From Chitinophaga pinensis (GTDB taxonomy: Bacteria > Bacteroidota > Bacteroidia > Chitinophagales > Chitinophagaceae): a DNA stretch of 64,000 nucleotides. Each line of letters begins with the position of its first letter. Position 1 is the stretch's first letter. This document shows, piece after piece, positions 10,971 through 19,792 of this stretch. Under the pieces are notes generated by a model. That model made no database searches and was not told the origin of the DNA. It saw only the letters and a list, made by a program, of their open reading frames with translations. A program made the position numbers and the translations under genes. The DNA is taken from NCBI GenBank assembly GCA_945897185.1, contig CAMDFC010000003.1, positions 6,078 through 70,077 of the forward strand, given 5' to 3'.

Positions 10971-12440
10971 TTAGAGTTTAGAGTAAATAACCCTGATTTT
11001 CATTTTTTTAGTACTGTGGTTACCACCTCCAAGAACAACATTACCTCTGGCTAGGTTATTCAAAGCAAAGGTGATGAGTAAGTCTTCGTAACGGAGCGCA
11101 TAAGGAGCGAACAATTTCAACTGAAAATTTGGAGTGTTCCTCGTTATGATTCCTTGTAGATAACGCGTAATATTCATGTTATAACTAGAAACGACGTTAT
11201 TCTCAAAATCTTTAATATATTTTCTAGTCCCACCAAAGAAAATGGGTTCAAATTGACCGTCAAGAAACGCATCAGTTAGAAAAGGGAGGTAGGCGTTGTT
11301 TATAGAATCTAGAAATTCCATGTAAAGAAATTCGGGAGTTTCAAATAAACCGGGTCTTTTTCCAGGGGTATTTACTTCTTCCATGGAAAGTTGGGCTAAA
11401 TGAACCATTACATTCCCTTTCTTCTTTTTAAACTCATCAAGACCAGGTATTTTTAATAAGGCAAACGTACCAGGAGCGGCTTGTAAATAGACTAAGCTAT
11501 CTCCGCTGGGTTTGCTACCAAGATGAAGAGCAGCTTCACTTCCATTGTAAACACGCTGAATATTATTTGCACCAGCACCAGGGTAAAGACCATTGAATTT
11601 AAAATCTCTGTAAGTGGTATCGCGAATGCCTAACTTATCGTATCTGTAATAAATTCTTAGATGGGTAGAAGTATCACTCATTGCAAAACTCATCAGTCCG
11701 TTTGCACTGGTACCATTGGTTTGAGGTATAAGAGCAAACCCTTTGAAAAATTCGCGGAAAATTGTGTCATTGAAATAGGGACTTCTCGAAGAGGTATCAA
11801 AAGCAAGTAATGATCTGGCAAAACTGTTGTTGAGTTTTATCCTAAGTTGGTTAACCCGGGTCTGCCTAAAAAGAACTACTGAATCATTCAGTTCTTTTGG
11901 AGCAAAAGTTTTTGTACCGAGTAAATCTCCGTATCTCACTGACTTATTTGTGTTATATGCAGTTGCTACATTAAGAAGTTCGGTAACTCGATGTACATTA
12001 ATGGTTTGCAATGCATTAGAATCACCAAAAGTATTGGTCCATCTTAAACACAAAACCGCAGAGTCAATGTAAAGACTATCAGCTGTGTTTTGAAAGAAGT
12101 ATGGAAAACTTGGAGGTTTCAACTCCATAAAAATGGATGCGGTGGTCTTTCCAAACTGAGGATCATTAGAAATGTGCCCTAAAATGTACTGGCCAGCATT
12201 ACCATTTGCATCTCTTCCTAATTTAGGAACGAGTGAATCAGGGGTTATTTCGGTAGTTGTAATTACTTCGAATGTGGTATCGAAAGTGTTTATGTTATCA
12301 ACTGCAGGAAGCAATTCAGCTCCAATATCTGTCCCCTTTATTTTTGTGCAATTGGCAAGAAAAAAGACAGAAAAAACGAAAAAGGATCCTTTCAACAAGT
12401 TTCTATATCTCACGTAGTTAATTTTAACTTGGTCAGTCAT
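10971..12440 (-). CDS. DUF4270 family lipoprotein
   Basis: Lipobox FFLAN-C, GAELLP..DNINTFDT, YILGHISNDPQFGKTTAS and KMKIRVIYSKL terminus; position behind the glycogen-synthase-like gene is typical of Bacteroidota. Confidence 0.7.
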   Translation of the reverse strand: MTDQVKINYVRYRNLLKGSFFVFSVFFLANCTKIKGTDIGAELLPAVDNINTFDTTFEVITTTEITPDSLVPKLGRDANGNAGQYILGHISNDPQFGKTTASIFMELKPPSFPYFFQNTADSLYIDSAVLCLRWTNTFGDSNALQTINVHRVTELLNVATAYNTNKSVRYGDLLGTKTFAPKELNDSVVLFRQTRVNQLRIKLNNSFARSLLAFDTSSRSPYFNDTIFREFFKGFALIPQTNGTSANGLMSFAMSDTSTHLRIYYRYDKLGIRDTTYRDFKFNGLYPGAGANNIQRVYNGSEAALHLGSKPSGDSLVYLQAAPGTFALLKIPGLDEFKKKKGNVMVHLAQLSMEEVNTPGKRPGLFETPEFLYMEFLDSINNAYLPFLTDAFLDGQFEPIFFGGTRKYIKDFENNVVSSYNMNITRYLQGIITRNTPNFQLKLFAPYALRYEDLLITFALNNLARGNVVLGGGNHSTKKMKIRVIYSKL

Positions 12441-13255
12441 TACTTGTTTGCAAGGTCGCTATACAATTGTAAATACTCTGTTAAATCAGAGTCGGCTTGG
12501 TAAGAAATGATTTTTTTGCCTTTTACTTTAGAAAAAGACTCCAAAAGTTTTTTATCTACCTTATCATCACCAAAAGATATTGCATCTGCGTAACTAGCAC
12601 CCCCACCCAACATGGCCAAATTATTATTGTCTTTATAGGGCTCTTGGTCTTTCTCCTTTATTAAAGAATTAATCATGCTGTTTTTTAAAAAAGCAGCGCC
12701 TAGTTTTTCCTTAAATGTATTTTGGCCCACTGTAAATAGTACTTTACTGTTACTAAAAACAGGTTCTTTTTTATAGGCCGTTTTCAAGAACAAGGGTATT
12801 AAACCAGACATCCAACCACTGCAATGAATAATGTCTGGGGGCCATCCAAACTTTTTAACCATTTCTAAAGCTCCTTTACAGAAGAAAATAGACCTAATCC
12901 CATTGTCGTCATACCACTTCTCATTCTCATCATTAAACACAAACTTCCGCTTAAACATGTCTTCATTGTCTAGAAAATAAACCTGAAGTCTTGCATTTGG
13001 AAGTGAGGCTACCTTAATTTGAAGTGGATAATCATCATTGTCAATGGAAATATTAATACCAGAGAGCCTAACCACTTCGTGAAGACGATGTCTTCTTTCA
13101 TTAATTGTACCAAACTTAGGCATGATGCATCTAACCTCGTAACCAGTATCATTGGCTTTTATGGCCAATTTATTCACGATTTCAGAAAACTCAGTGAGTT
13201 CCAGGTATGGTGACATTTCATTGGCTATAAAGAGAATTCTTTTCTTAATTACCAT
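12440..13255 (-). CDS. Glycogen/starch synthase catalytic (N-terminal) domain-only protein
   Basis: KRILFIANEMSPY, EVRCIMPKFG, VYFLDNEDMF and WPPDIIHCSGW; only 271 aa; TAATG overlap with DUF4270. Confidence 0.8.
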   Translation of the reverse strand: MVIKKRILFIANEMSPYLELTEFSEIVNKLAIKANDTGYEVRCIMPKFGTINERRHRLHEVVRLSGINISIDNDDYPLQIKVASLPNARLQVYFLDNEDMFKRKFVFNDENEKWYDDNGIRSIFFCKGALEMVKKFGWPPDIIHCSGWMSGLIPLFLKTAYKKEPVFSNSKVLFTVGQNTFKEKLGAAFLKNSMINSLIKEKDQEPYKDNNNLAMLGGGASYADAISFGDDKVDKKLLESFSKVKGKKIISYQADSDLTEYLQLYSDLANK

Positions 13256-13286
13256 ATTGAAAGGTTAAGGGAATGTGAACTATTTG

Positions 13287-13294
13287 CAAATTTA
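13287..13294 (-). promoter_or_regulatory. -7 promoter element (TAAATTTG) for the glycogen-synthase-like/DUF4270 pair
   Basis: Exact TAnnTTTG match 31 nt upstream of the ATG. Confidence 0.6.
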
Positions 13295-13376
13295 AGAAAA
13301 AAAGCGCAACTCGAAGAGGTAATCATCAGGGCTAATGGTTTATAATACCTAATTTTAGAGTGTTTCAATTGAAAAA

Positions 13377-14381
13377 ATGATCCCGAAAAAAGCTAAACAA
13401 ACGGCACAATTTCTCCTGTTTTTCGGTCTGGGCGTTTTTCTTCTTTGGTTAACTACCCGATCTTTAACCAGTAAGGAAATCAATAAAGTAAGTGATCTGG
13501 TCTTACACGCAAACCTCATTTATGTATTTCCGAGTATAGGGGTACTGATCCTCAGTCATTATATTAGGGCATTGAGATGGAAAATGCTGATGGATCCATT
13601 GGGAATACCTACCAAAATCAAAAACGTTTTTCTCTCTGTACTTGTGGGTTATTTTTTTAACCTGGTCTTTCCTCGTTTGGGTGAAGTAATGAAATGTAGT
13701 CTGATGGGGAAATATGAAAAAATGCCAGTAGATAAACTTATTGGAACTATGGTGGCAGAGCGAATGGTAGATTTGGTCTGTCTAGTGTTTGTTATTGTAC
13801 TAACCATCTTTATTCAAATTGAAAAAGTGGGTACTTATGCAAAAGAATTGTTGGATAACCTTTTGGGTAAAGCGAACAATGCACTTATTTTTACCCTACT
13901 TCTAGGCCTCTTTTTTTTAATACTAACCGTTCTGTACAATAGGTTTAAGAATAGCGCATGGTTCATAAAAATCAAGCACTTTTTTATCGGTATTAAACAG
14001 GGTTTATTTACCATTGGTAGTATAAAAAATAAGGGGCTTTTCTTCCTTCATACTTTTTTGATATGGTTTTTGTATTTACTAAGTATTCGCATAGGACTTT
14101 ATAGTATGTCTGAAGTTGATCATCTATCTTGGGTTCCATCGCTAACAATTCTAACTTTTGGGAGTTTTGCAATGATTGCAACCCAGGGTGGTATCGGTGC
14201 CTATCAATTAGCAATTCAAAAAACACTTACCCTCTATGGGGTAAATGAGGTTTCTGGTTTGGCCTTTGGGTGGTTGTTGTGGTCAGTACAAACCGTCATG
14301 ATTTTGGTTGTAGGTCCTATTGCCTTGTTTTTACTTTTTTATACCAACCAAAAGAAGAAGTCAGGTTCTCTTTTTTCTTAA
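13377..14381 (+). CDS. Lysylphosphatidylglycerol synthase TM / flippase-like (UPF0104) membrane protein
   Basis: RALRWKML, GYFFNLVFPRLGEV, GTMVAER..DL and QGGIGAY; multiple TM helices. Confidence 0.8.
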   Translation: MIPKKAKQTAQFLLFFGLGVFLLWLTTRSLTSKEINKVSDLVLHANLIYVFPSIGVLILSHYIRALRWKMLMDPLGIPTKIKNVFLSVLVGYFFNLVFPRLGEVMKCSLMGKYEKMPVDKLIGTMVAERMVDLVCLVFVIVLTIFIQIEKVGTYAKELLDNLLGKANNALIFTLLLGLFFLILTVLYNRFKNSAWFIKIKHFFIGIKQGLFTIGSIKNKGLFFLHTFLIWFLYLLSIRIGLYSMSEVDHLSWVPSLTILTFGSFAMIATQGGIGAYQLAIQKTLTLYGVNEVSGLAFGWLLWSVQTVMILVVGPIALFLLFYTNQKKKSGSLFS

Positions 14382-14453
14382 TTTTTTCTGAAAACTTAAA
14401 CACGGTTCATTTTGATTGAATGAATAAACTAAATTGCCACAATAAAACCACAT

Positions 14454-16127
14454 ATGAAAACGTATAAGAACACCCTGGTTTTGGTAGTTTTGACCGCATG
14501 CAGTAGTACCCTTTTTGGCCAATCTGTTGTAAATTTTTATGAAAAAGGATGGCACTTAGAAGACCCCTCTTCCCAATCAGTTCATGGGATAAATCTAGAA
14601 AAGACCTACACAGAACTTCTTAAACAAAAAAATCCTAAAAAGAAAATAATCGTCGCCGTTATCGACTCCGGTATTGATACCGCTCATGAAGACCTAAAGC
14701 CCGTGCTTTGGAGAAATGAAAAAGAAATACCGGGAAACGGAATTGATGATGATAATAATGGATATATAGATGATATCCATGGATGGAACTTCATTGGGGG
14801 GAAAGATGGAAGAAATGTTGGGAAAGACAGTTATGAGGCTGCTCGGGTCTATTATAAATATAAGCCTGTATTTGGAGATCAAGCAATAAATGAAAACACT
14901 TTAACGCCAGAGAGAAAAAGAGCCTACCAAAATTACACGAAAGCAAAGTATCAGTTGGAGTCTCAGGCCAAAGAAGCAGCAATGTTTGTATTGATTTTAA
15001 AAGATCTTGTAGCCAAGATGCCCGCTGCTGATAGTGTTCTAAAGATCGCTATTGGTAAAGCAAAATATACTGGGGATGATTTAGCCAATTTTAGCAGTGT
15101 CGATCCAAACATTACAAAAGCGAAATCTGTTCTTCTTGGTTTCTTCCAGCAAACACGTCAAATGGAAAGCACCAACGATGCACTTATATCAGAGTTGGTT
15201 CAGTTTTACGAAGGTGAAAAATCCAAAGTAGAGGCCGTAGAAAAAGAGCCAAAGCAATACCGTGCAGAAGTTGTAAAAGACAATTATGATGACCCCAATG
15301 ATAAGTTTTACGGAAATAATGATGTTATGGGAACAGACGCTTCACATGGCACCCATGTTTCAGGAATCATTGGCGCTTCTAGATCAAACAACTTGGGAAT
15401 CAAAGGTGTAGCCGATTATGTATCGATCATGCCTATTCGTGCGGTTCCTGATGGCGATGAGCACGACAAAGACATAGCCAATGCAATTCGTTATGCTGTT
15501 GATAATGGTGCTTGGGTAATCAACATGAGTTTTGGTAAAAGCTTTTCCCCTGAAAAAAACTGGGTTGATGAAGCTGCTAAATATGCAGAGTCGAAAGGTG
15601 TATTACTGGTTCATGCTGCTGGTAATGATGCTAAAAACGTTGATATTCAAGATAATTTCCCTTCCAGAAATTACGACAACGACACCACCAAGACTTTTTC
15701 AAACTGGATAACGGTCGGTGCAAGTGGATCTCGTTTAAAAGAATTGGCTGCACCATTCTCCAATTATGGTAAAAGAGAGGTTGATGTTTTTGCACCTGGA
15801 GTAAGAATTTACTCTACAGTTCCGGGTGGCAATACCTATGCTGAAATGGACGGAACCAGTATGGCTTCACCGATCGTTGCTGGATTAGGAGCCTTAATGC
15901 TCTCCTATTATCCTGAGTTGAGTCCACAACAGGTAATTTCAATTATTAAAACATCTACACTAAAAATGGCAGACAAAAAATTTTCAAAACCAGGTACGGA
16001 AGATGAAGAGGTTAGTTTAATGGAATTGTCTTCAACAGGTGGCTTAGTAAATGCGTATGATGCAATGAAACTAGCATCAAATACTAAGGGTGAAAGAAAA
16101 ATGGAACAAGCCAAAAAGTCAAAGTAA
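14454..16127 (+). CDS. Secreted S8 subtilisin-family serine peptidase
   Basis: Catalytic triad VAVIDSG / HGTHVSG / GTSMASP, oxyanion AAGN, DDDNNGYIDDIHGWNF; signal peptide with probable Gln at +1 (LFG-Q). Confidence 0.93.
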   Translation: MKTYKNTLVLVVLTACSSTLFGQSVVNFYEKGWHLEDPSSQSVHGINLEKTYTELLKQKNPKKKIIVAVIDSGIDTAHEDLKPVLWRNEKEIPGNGIDDDNNGYIDDIHGWNFIGGKDGRNVGKDSYEAARVYYKYKPVFGDQAINENTLTPERKRAYQNYTKAKYQLESQAKEAAMFVLILKDLVAKMPAADSVLKIAIGKAKYTGDDLANFSSVDPNITKAKSVLLGFFQQTRQMESTNDALISELVQFYEGEKSKVEAVEKEPKQYRAEVVKDNYDDPNDKFYGNNDVMGTDASHGTHVSGIIGASRSNNLGIKGVADYVSIMPIRAVPDGDEHDKDIANAIRYAVDNGAWVINMSFGKSFSPEKNWVDEAAKYAESKGVLLVHAAGNDAKNVDIQDNFPSRNYDNDTTKTFSNWITVGASGSRLKELAAPFSNYGKREVDVFAPGVRIYSTVPGGNTYAEMDGTSMASPIVAGLGALMLSYYPELSPQQVISIIKTSTLKMADKKFSKPGTEDEEVSLMELSSTGGLVNAYDAMKLASNTKGERKMEQAKKSK

Positions 16128-16141
16128 ATAAATCAATTAAT

Positions 16142-16666
16142 TTGAATCATTCAGCCTTACAACACCCAAAATTTTTCAATAGGTATGTTGAAAAAGTTCC
16201 GCATGGTGATCTTAATCAGTTGATGAAGACGGCTTATCAAGATTTACAATCCGATCTGGAAATATTAAAAGGTGCTGAATTCAATTATAGTTACCAGGAA
16301 GGAAAATGGTCTATAGCCAAGTTAATTCAACACTGTATTGATACTGAACAAATCTTTGGTTACCGTGCATTGTGTATCGCTAGAAAGGATCCAAATCCAA
16401 TTATGAGTTTTGATGAAAATCAATATGCGGATGCTTCTGAGACGAAATTTGATAAAGATGTATTGATCTCCTCTTTTGATATTGCAAGAAATCAAAATAT
16501 GCAGCTTTTTCAAGGTTTTGATGTCGACTGGCTTAATAGAAGCATTAAAACAGAGCATGGTGAACACCTTAGCCTCGTTTCTCTGGCATACATCATCATT
16601 GGTCATTGGTTACACCACAAAGCCATATTGATAAACCGCTATGGGGTTCCTTTCAATGAAAAATAG
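16142..16666 (+). CDS. DinB family protein (TTG start)
   Basis: YQEGKWSI..LIQHCIDTEQIF.YRAL, FDENQY and IIGHWLHH. Confidence 0.82.
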   Translation: MNHSALQHPKFFNRYVEKVPHGDLNQLMKTAYQDLQSDLEILKGAEFNYSYQEGKWSIAKLIQHCIDTEQIFGYRALCIARKDPNPIMSFDENQYADASETKFDKDVLISSFDIARNQNMQLFQGFDVDWLNRSIKTEHGEHLSLVSLAYIIIGHWLHHKAILINRYGVPFNEK

Positions 16667-16668
16667 AA

Positions 16669-18864
16669 TTAATTTCCTTTTACGAGTACCCCTTGTTTAA
16701 TCATGTCTGAAACTATTTGCGATGTTTCATTAACATAGATGTCTTTTGTCAAATAACCCACCCACTGTTTTCTTCTTTCCAATTTGTCATTATCAGAGGA
16801 AAGACGTTTTTCGTCTGCGTCAAGCATTTTCACCTGAAGCGGTTTCAGCTCTTTGTTGGATTCATCAATTTTCTTGAAGGCGTCCCTGATTTTCTTTTGT
16901 TCATCTCTATAAGCTGAGAGTTCAAGTGAATACAGTTTTTCATTGGATTTTTCAATCAGCAATGAAGAAGCTTTTATGGCGTTAAAAGCTGGATGGGCAT
17001 TTACCCTTTCCATACTTCTTCTTTTAACAGACTCAAGATCGAAATTTGGTACTGTCTTGTTATAGATGGCCTTTTGAATTTCATCCCAAGGCAAAGCATC
17101 AGGATTGTCTTTCTCTCTGTATTTTAAACTCTCATATTGGTCAGGCAAAATCAAATTTGGTGTAACGCCTTTTAATTGAGTTGACCCTCCATTAATTCTA
17201 TAGAATTTTTGTAAAGTCAATTTTACTGTGCCAATATCTGCACTTTCCTTATTTAACAGTCCAGTATTGGGCTCTAAACCAATATTACGTTGGACTGTAC
17301 CTTTACCATAAGTAGAAGTACTTCCTATTACTATACCTCTTCCATAATCCTGAATGGCAGCAGCAAATATTTCTGAAGCTGAAGCTGAAAACTCATTCAC
17401 CATCACAGCAAGTGGTCCATCATACAAAACCGATTTATCCCTATCCCTTAATATGGTAGGATTTCCTTCTCTGTCTTTTACTTGCACAATAGGCCCCTCT
17501 GGTATAAAGAGTCCAACCATTTGCACAACATCATAAAGAGATCCACCCCCATTATTTCTGAGGTCAATGATTATACCATCTATTTGCTGTTCCTTAAGTT
17601 TGATGATTTCACGAGCAACATCTTGTGAACATTTTGCACCATTGGGTCTCTCCCAATCAGCATAAAACTCAGGTAAAAATATATAGCCAATTTTATTGCC
17701 ATTCTCAATGATTACAGCAGACTTAGCATAGGTCTCGTCTAAAACTACCTCGTCACGAATCATCGACACAATTTTAATGGTACCATCCGCTTTTTTTAAG
17801 GTAATTCTCACTTCAGTTCCTTTCTTACCTCTAATCAACTTGACTGCTTCTTCGGTTTCAAAACCAGTTAAATCTACCGGTTCGGTATTTGCTTGTCCTA
17901 CTTTTAGCACTTGATCACCAACTACAATTTGTTGTGATTTCCAAGCAGGTAATCCAGCCACAATTGTTGCAATTCGGATAATTCCACCTTCATCACTTCT
18001 TAAGGAAGCACCAATGCCATAAAAACGACCGCTCATTTGTTCATCAAAAGACCTTTTTTCAATTGGAGGGAAAAAGGTGGTATGCGGATCCATGTAATTG
18101 GTAATTACATTGATAAATAAGTCGAATCGATCGTCTTGCTTAGATTTTGATACCATTCGATCAAAGTTTCTAGTAACAATCTTTTTAACTTTTTCTCTGG
18201 CTTCTTTTTCTAGTTCAGCATCCGATTTATATAGACTATCGGTTTTTTTAAGTAGGTCACGGGCATCTAAAAGATCAGCATATCTTTCGAGGGTCAGGAA
18301 TTTAATGCGCTTTCTCCAGGCTTCTTTTCTTACTTGGTCGCTTTTAGGAAAATCTAATTTATCAGCATCAAGGGTGATCATTTCATTAGTAGTAAATTGA
18401 AACGCAGATAAGAGCAGTGATGGATATTGGGCATTGAGTTCTGCTATACGTTTTTGATAAATCTGGTCTATTGCATAAAAAAATTGAATTTTTTCTCCAT
18501 GCATTTCATCGTCTATAGTTGTCTCGAATTTTTTAAACTCCCGAATATCTCCAGCAAGAAAAATGTTTTTATCCGGATCTAATGCTTCAATGTATTTTTT
18601 AAAAATATTTTTAGAGAACTCATCATCTACTTTTTTAGGATTGTAGTGAGCCACCTCCAACATATCCGTCACTTGTTGCAATATTAATTCGTATCGATCA
18701 GGTGGGTTAGCAACACCAGAAGTGTTGAATGTAAACAAAGAACCTGCAATCAAAAACACAATAACTATGGGCAACAATCTTTTACTAAACATAAATTTTA
18801 AGAATTTAGATCTCATATTCAAAAATAGTTGTTTTGGTTGCCTTTGAAAACTGAATTTATACAA
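16669..18864 (-). CDS. prc: Carboxy-terminal processing (tail-specific) protease, S41A; start may be the Met near aa 16-24
   Basis: DPHT, PDZ GIGA, IDLRNNGGGSL, SASASEIFA, TYGKGTVQ, KFYRINGGSTQ..GVTP. Confidence 0.92.
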   Translation of the reverse strand: MYKFSFQRQPKQLFLNMRSKFLKFMFSKRLLPIVIVFLIAGSLFTFNTSGVANPPDRYELILQQVTDMLEVAHYNPKKVDDEFSKNIFKKYIEALDPDKNIFLAGDIREFKKFETTIDDEMHGEKIQFFYAIDQIYQKRIAELNAQYPSLLLSAFQFTTNEMITLDADKLDFPKSDQVRKEAWRKRIKFLTLERYADLLDARDLLKKTDSLYKSDAELEKEAREKVKKIVTRNFDRMVSKSKQDDRFDLFINVITNYMDPHTTFFPPIEKRSFDEQMSGRFYGIGASLRSDEGGIIRIATIVAGLPAWKSQQIVVGDQVLKVGQANTEPVDLTGFETEEAVKLIRGKKGTEVRITLKKADGTIKIVSMIRDEVVLDETYAKSAVIIENGNKIGYIFLPEFYADWERPNGAKCSQDVAREIIKLKEQQIDGIIIDLRNNGGGSLYDVVQMVGLFIPEGPIVQVKDREGNPTILRDRDKSVLYDGPLAVMVNEFSASASEIFAAAIQDYGRGIVIGSTSTYGKGTVQRNIGLEPNTGLLNKESADIGTVKLTLQKFYRINGGSTQLKGVTPNLILPDQYESLKYREKDNPDALPWDEIQKAIYNKTVPNFDLESVKRRSMERVNAHPAFNAIKASSLLIEKSNEKLYSLELSAYRDEQKKIRDAFKKIDESNKELKPLQVKMLDADEKRLSSDNDKLERRKQWVGYLTKDIYVNETSQIVSDMIKQGVLVKGN

Positions 18865-18890
18865 GCGGACAAAAAGAAATGTTAAGAATG

Positions 18891-18912
18891 AAAAAAGGGT
18901 CCGAAAGGACCC
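18891..18912 (-). terminator. Intrinsic terminator downstream of tRNA-His
   Basis: GGGTCC-GAAA-GGACCC hairpin preceded by A6 on the plus strand, giving a U-tract on the minus strand. Confidence 0.75.
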
Positions 18913-18924
18913 CTACTAAAACTG

Positions 18925-18999
18925 GGAGGCTAATGGGTCTCGAACCCACGACCTTCTGAACCACAATCAGATGCTCTAACCTACTGAGCTATAGCCTCC
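18925..18999 (-). tRNA. tRNA-His (GTG), G-1 encoded, CCA not encoded
   Basis: Minus strand G GAGGCTA TA GCTC AGTAGGTTA GAGC A TCTGA TTGTGGT TCAGA AGGTC GTGGG TTCGAGA CCCAT TAGCCTC C; full cloverleaf. Upstream TAATTTCG at 19013-19020. Confidence 0.97.
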
Positions 19000-19094
19000 G
19001 TGAAACGGAGAACGAAATTAACACAAATGTTTTCTTCTTCAAAATTGAATTTACAAATACCAATAAAGGCTAACTTCGCAAAAAAATAAAGGCC

Positions 19095-19700
19095 ATGAAC
19101 AACTGGCTACTGTTAATTCCACTTATTTCTGCTTTTATAGGATGGTTTACCAATTGGGTAGCTATAAAGATGCTTTTCCATCCTAAAGAACCCAAAAAAT
19201 TCATGTTCATCACCTTTCAAGGTGTATTTCCAAAAAGACAGCGACAGTTTGCTGAAAAGCTGGGGAAACTTGTAAGTACAGAGCTTTTATCTTTTCGAGA
19301 AATTGAAGAAAAAATTGTCAACCCCGACAATATAAAAAAGTCAATGCCTTTTGTTGAATCAAAGGTAGATGACTTTTTAAGAAATAAATTAAGTGACGCA
19401 TTTCCAATCATATCCATGTTTATTGGAGAAAGCACCATCAACCAGCTAAAAACCGTTTTTATGGCTGAGTTAGAGGTAATCTTTCCTGAAATGATTGCAG
19501 CTTATATGAAAAATCTAGAATCACAGCTTGATCTTGAAAAAATGGTGACTGAAAAAGTGTACGGCTTTTCGAGTGACAAAATGGAAGCCATTTTAAACCA
19601 AATCATGACAAAAGAATTCAAATTCATCGAAGTTATTGGGGGTGTTCTTGGTTTTATCATAGGTATTTTACAGGTTTTGATTACCGTCCTCACAAACTAA
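19095..19700 (+). CDS. DUF445 family membrane-anchored protein
   Basis: IGWFTNWVAIKMLFHP, QGVFPKRQ and KEFKFIEVIGGVLGFIIG; TAACTTCG promoter-like element at 19071-19078. Confidence 0.85.
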   Translation: MNNWLLLIPLISAFIGWFTNWVAIKMLFHPKEPKKFMFITFQGVFPKRQRQFAEKLGKLVSTELLSFREIEEKIVNPDNIKKSMPFVESKVDDFLRNKLSDAFPIISMFIGESTINQLKTVFMAELEVIFPEMIAAYMKNLESQLDLEKMVTEKVYGFSSDKMEAILNQIMTKEFKFIEVIGGVLGFIIGILQVLITVLTN

Positions 19701-19792
19701 ACCTTCTTGCGTTTCACGTGTTTAACCTTTTGTTATCATTTTATCCGAATGATTAACGAATCGGAAGGCGTCTAATATAAAAATTGTGAGTA

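Noticed and set aside
18996-19010. CTCCG/CGGAG hairpin that could sequester the tRNA-His 5' end
   Set aside because: The promoter element at 19013-19020 would place +1 inside the stem, leaving too little pairing to matter.
19744-19775. ECF-sigma-type promoter (AAC...CGTCT) upstream of the TBDR
   Set aside because: The AAC-to-CGTC spacing is 11 nt, shorter than the usual 16-17.
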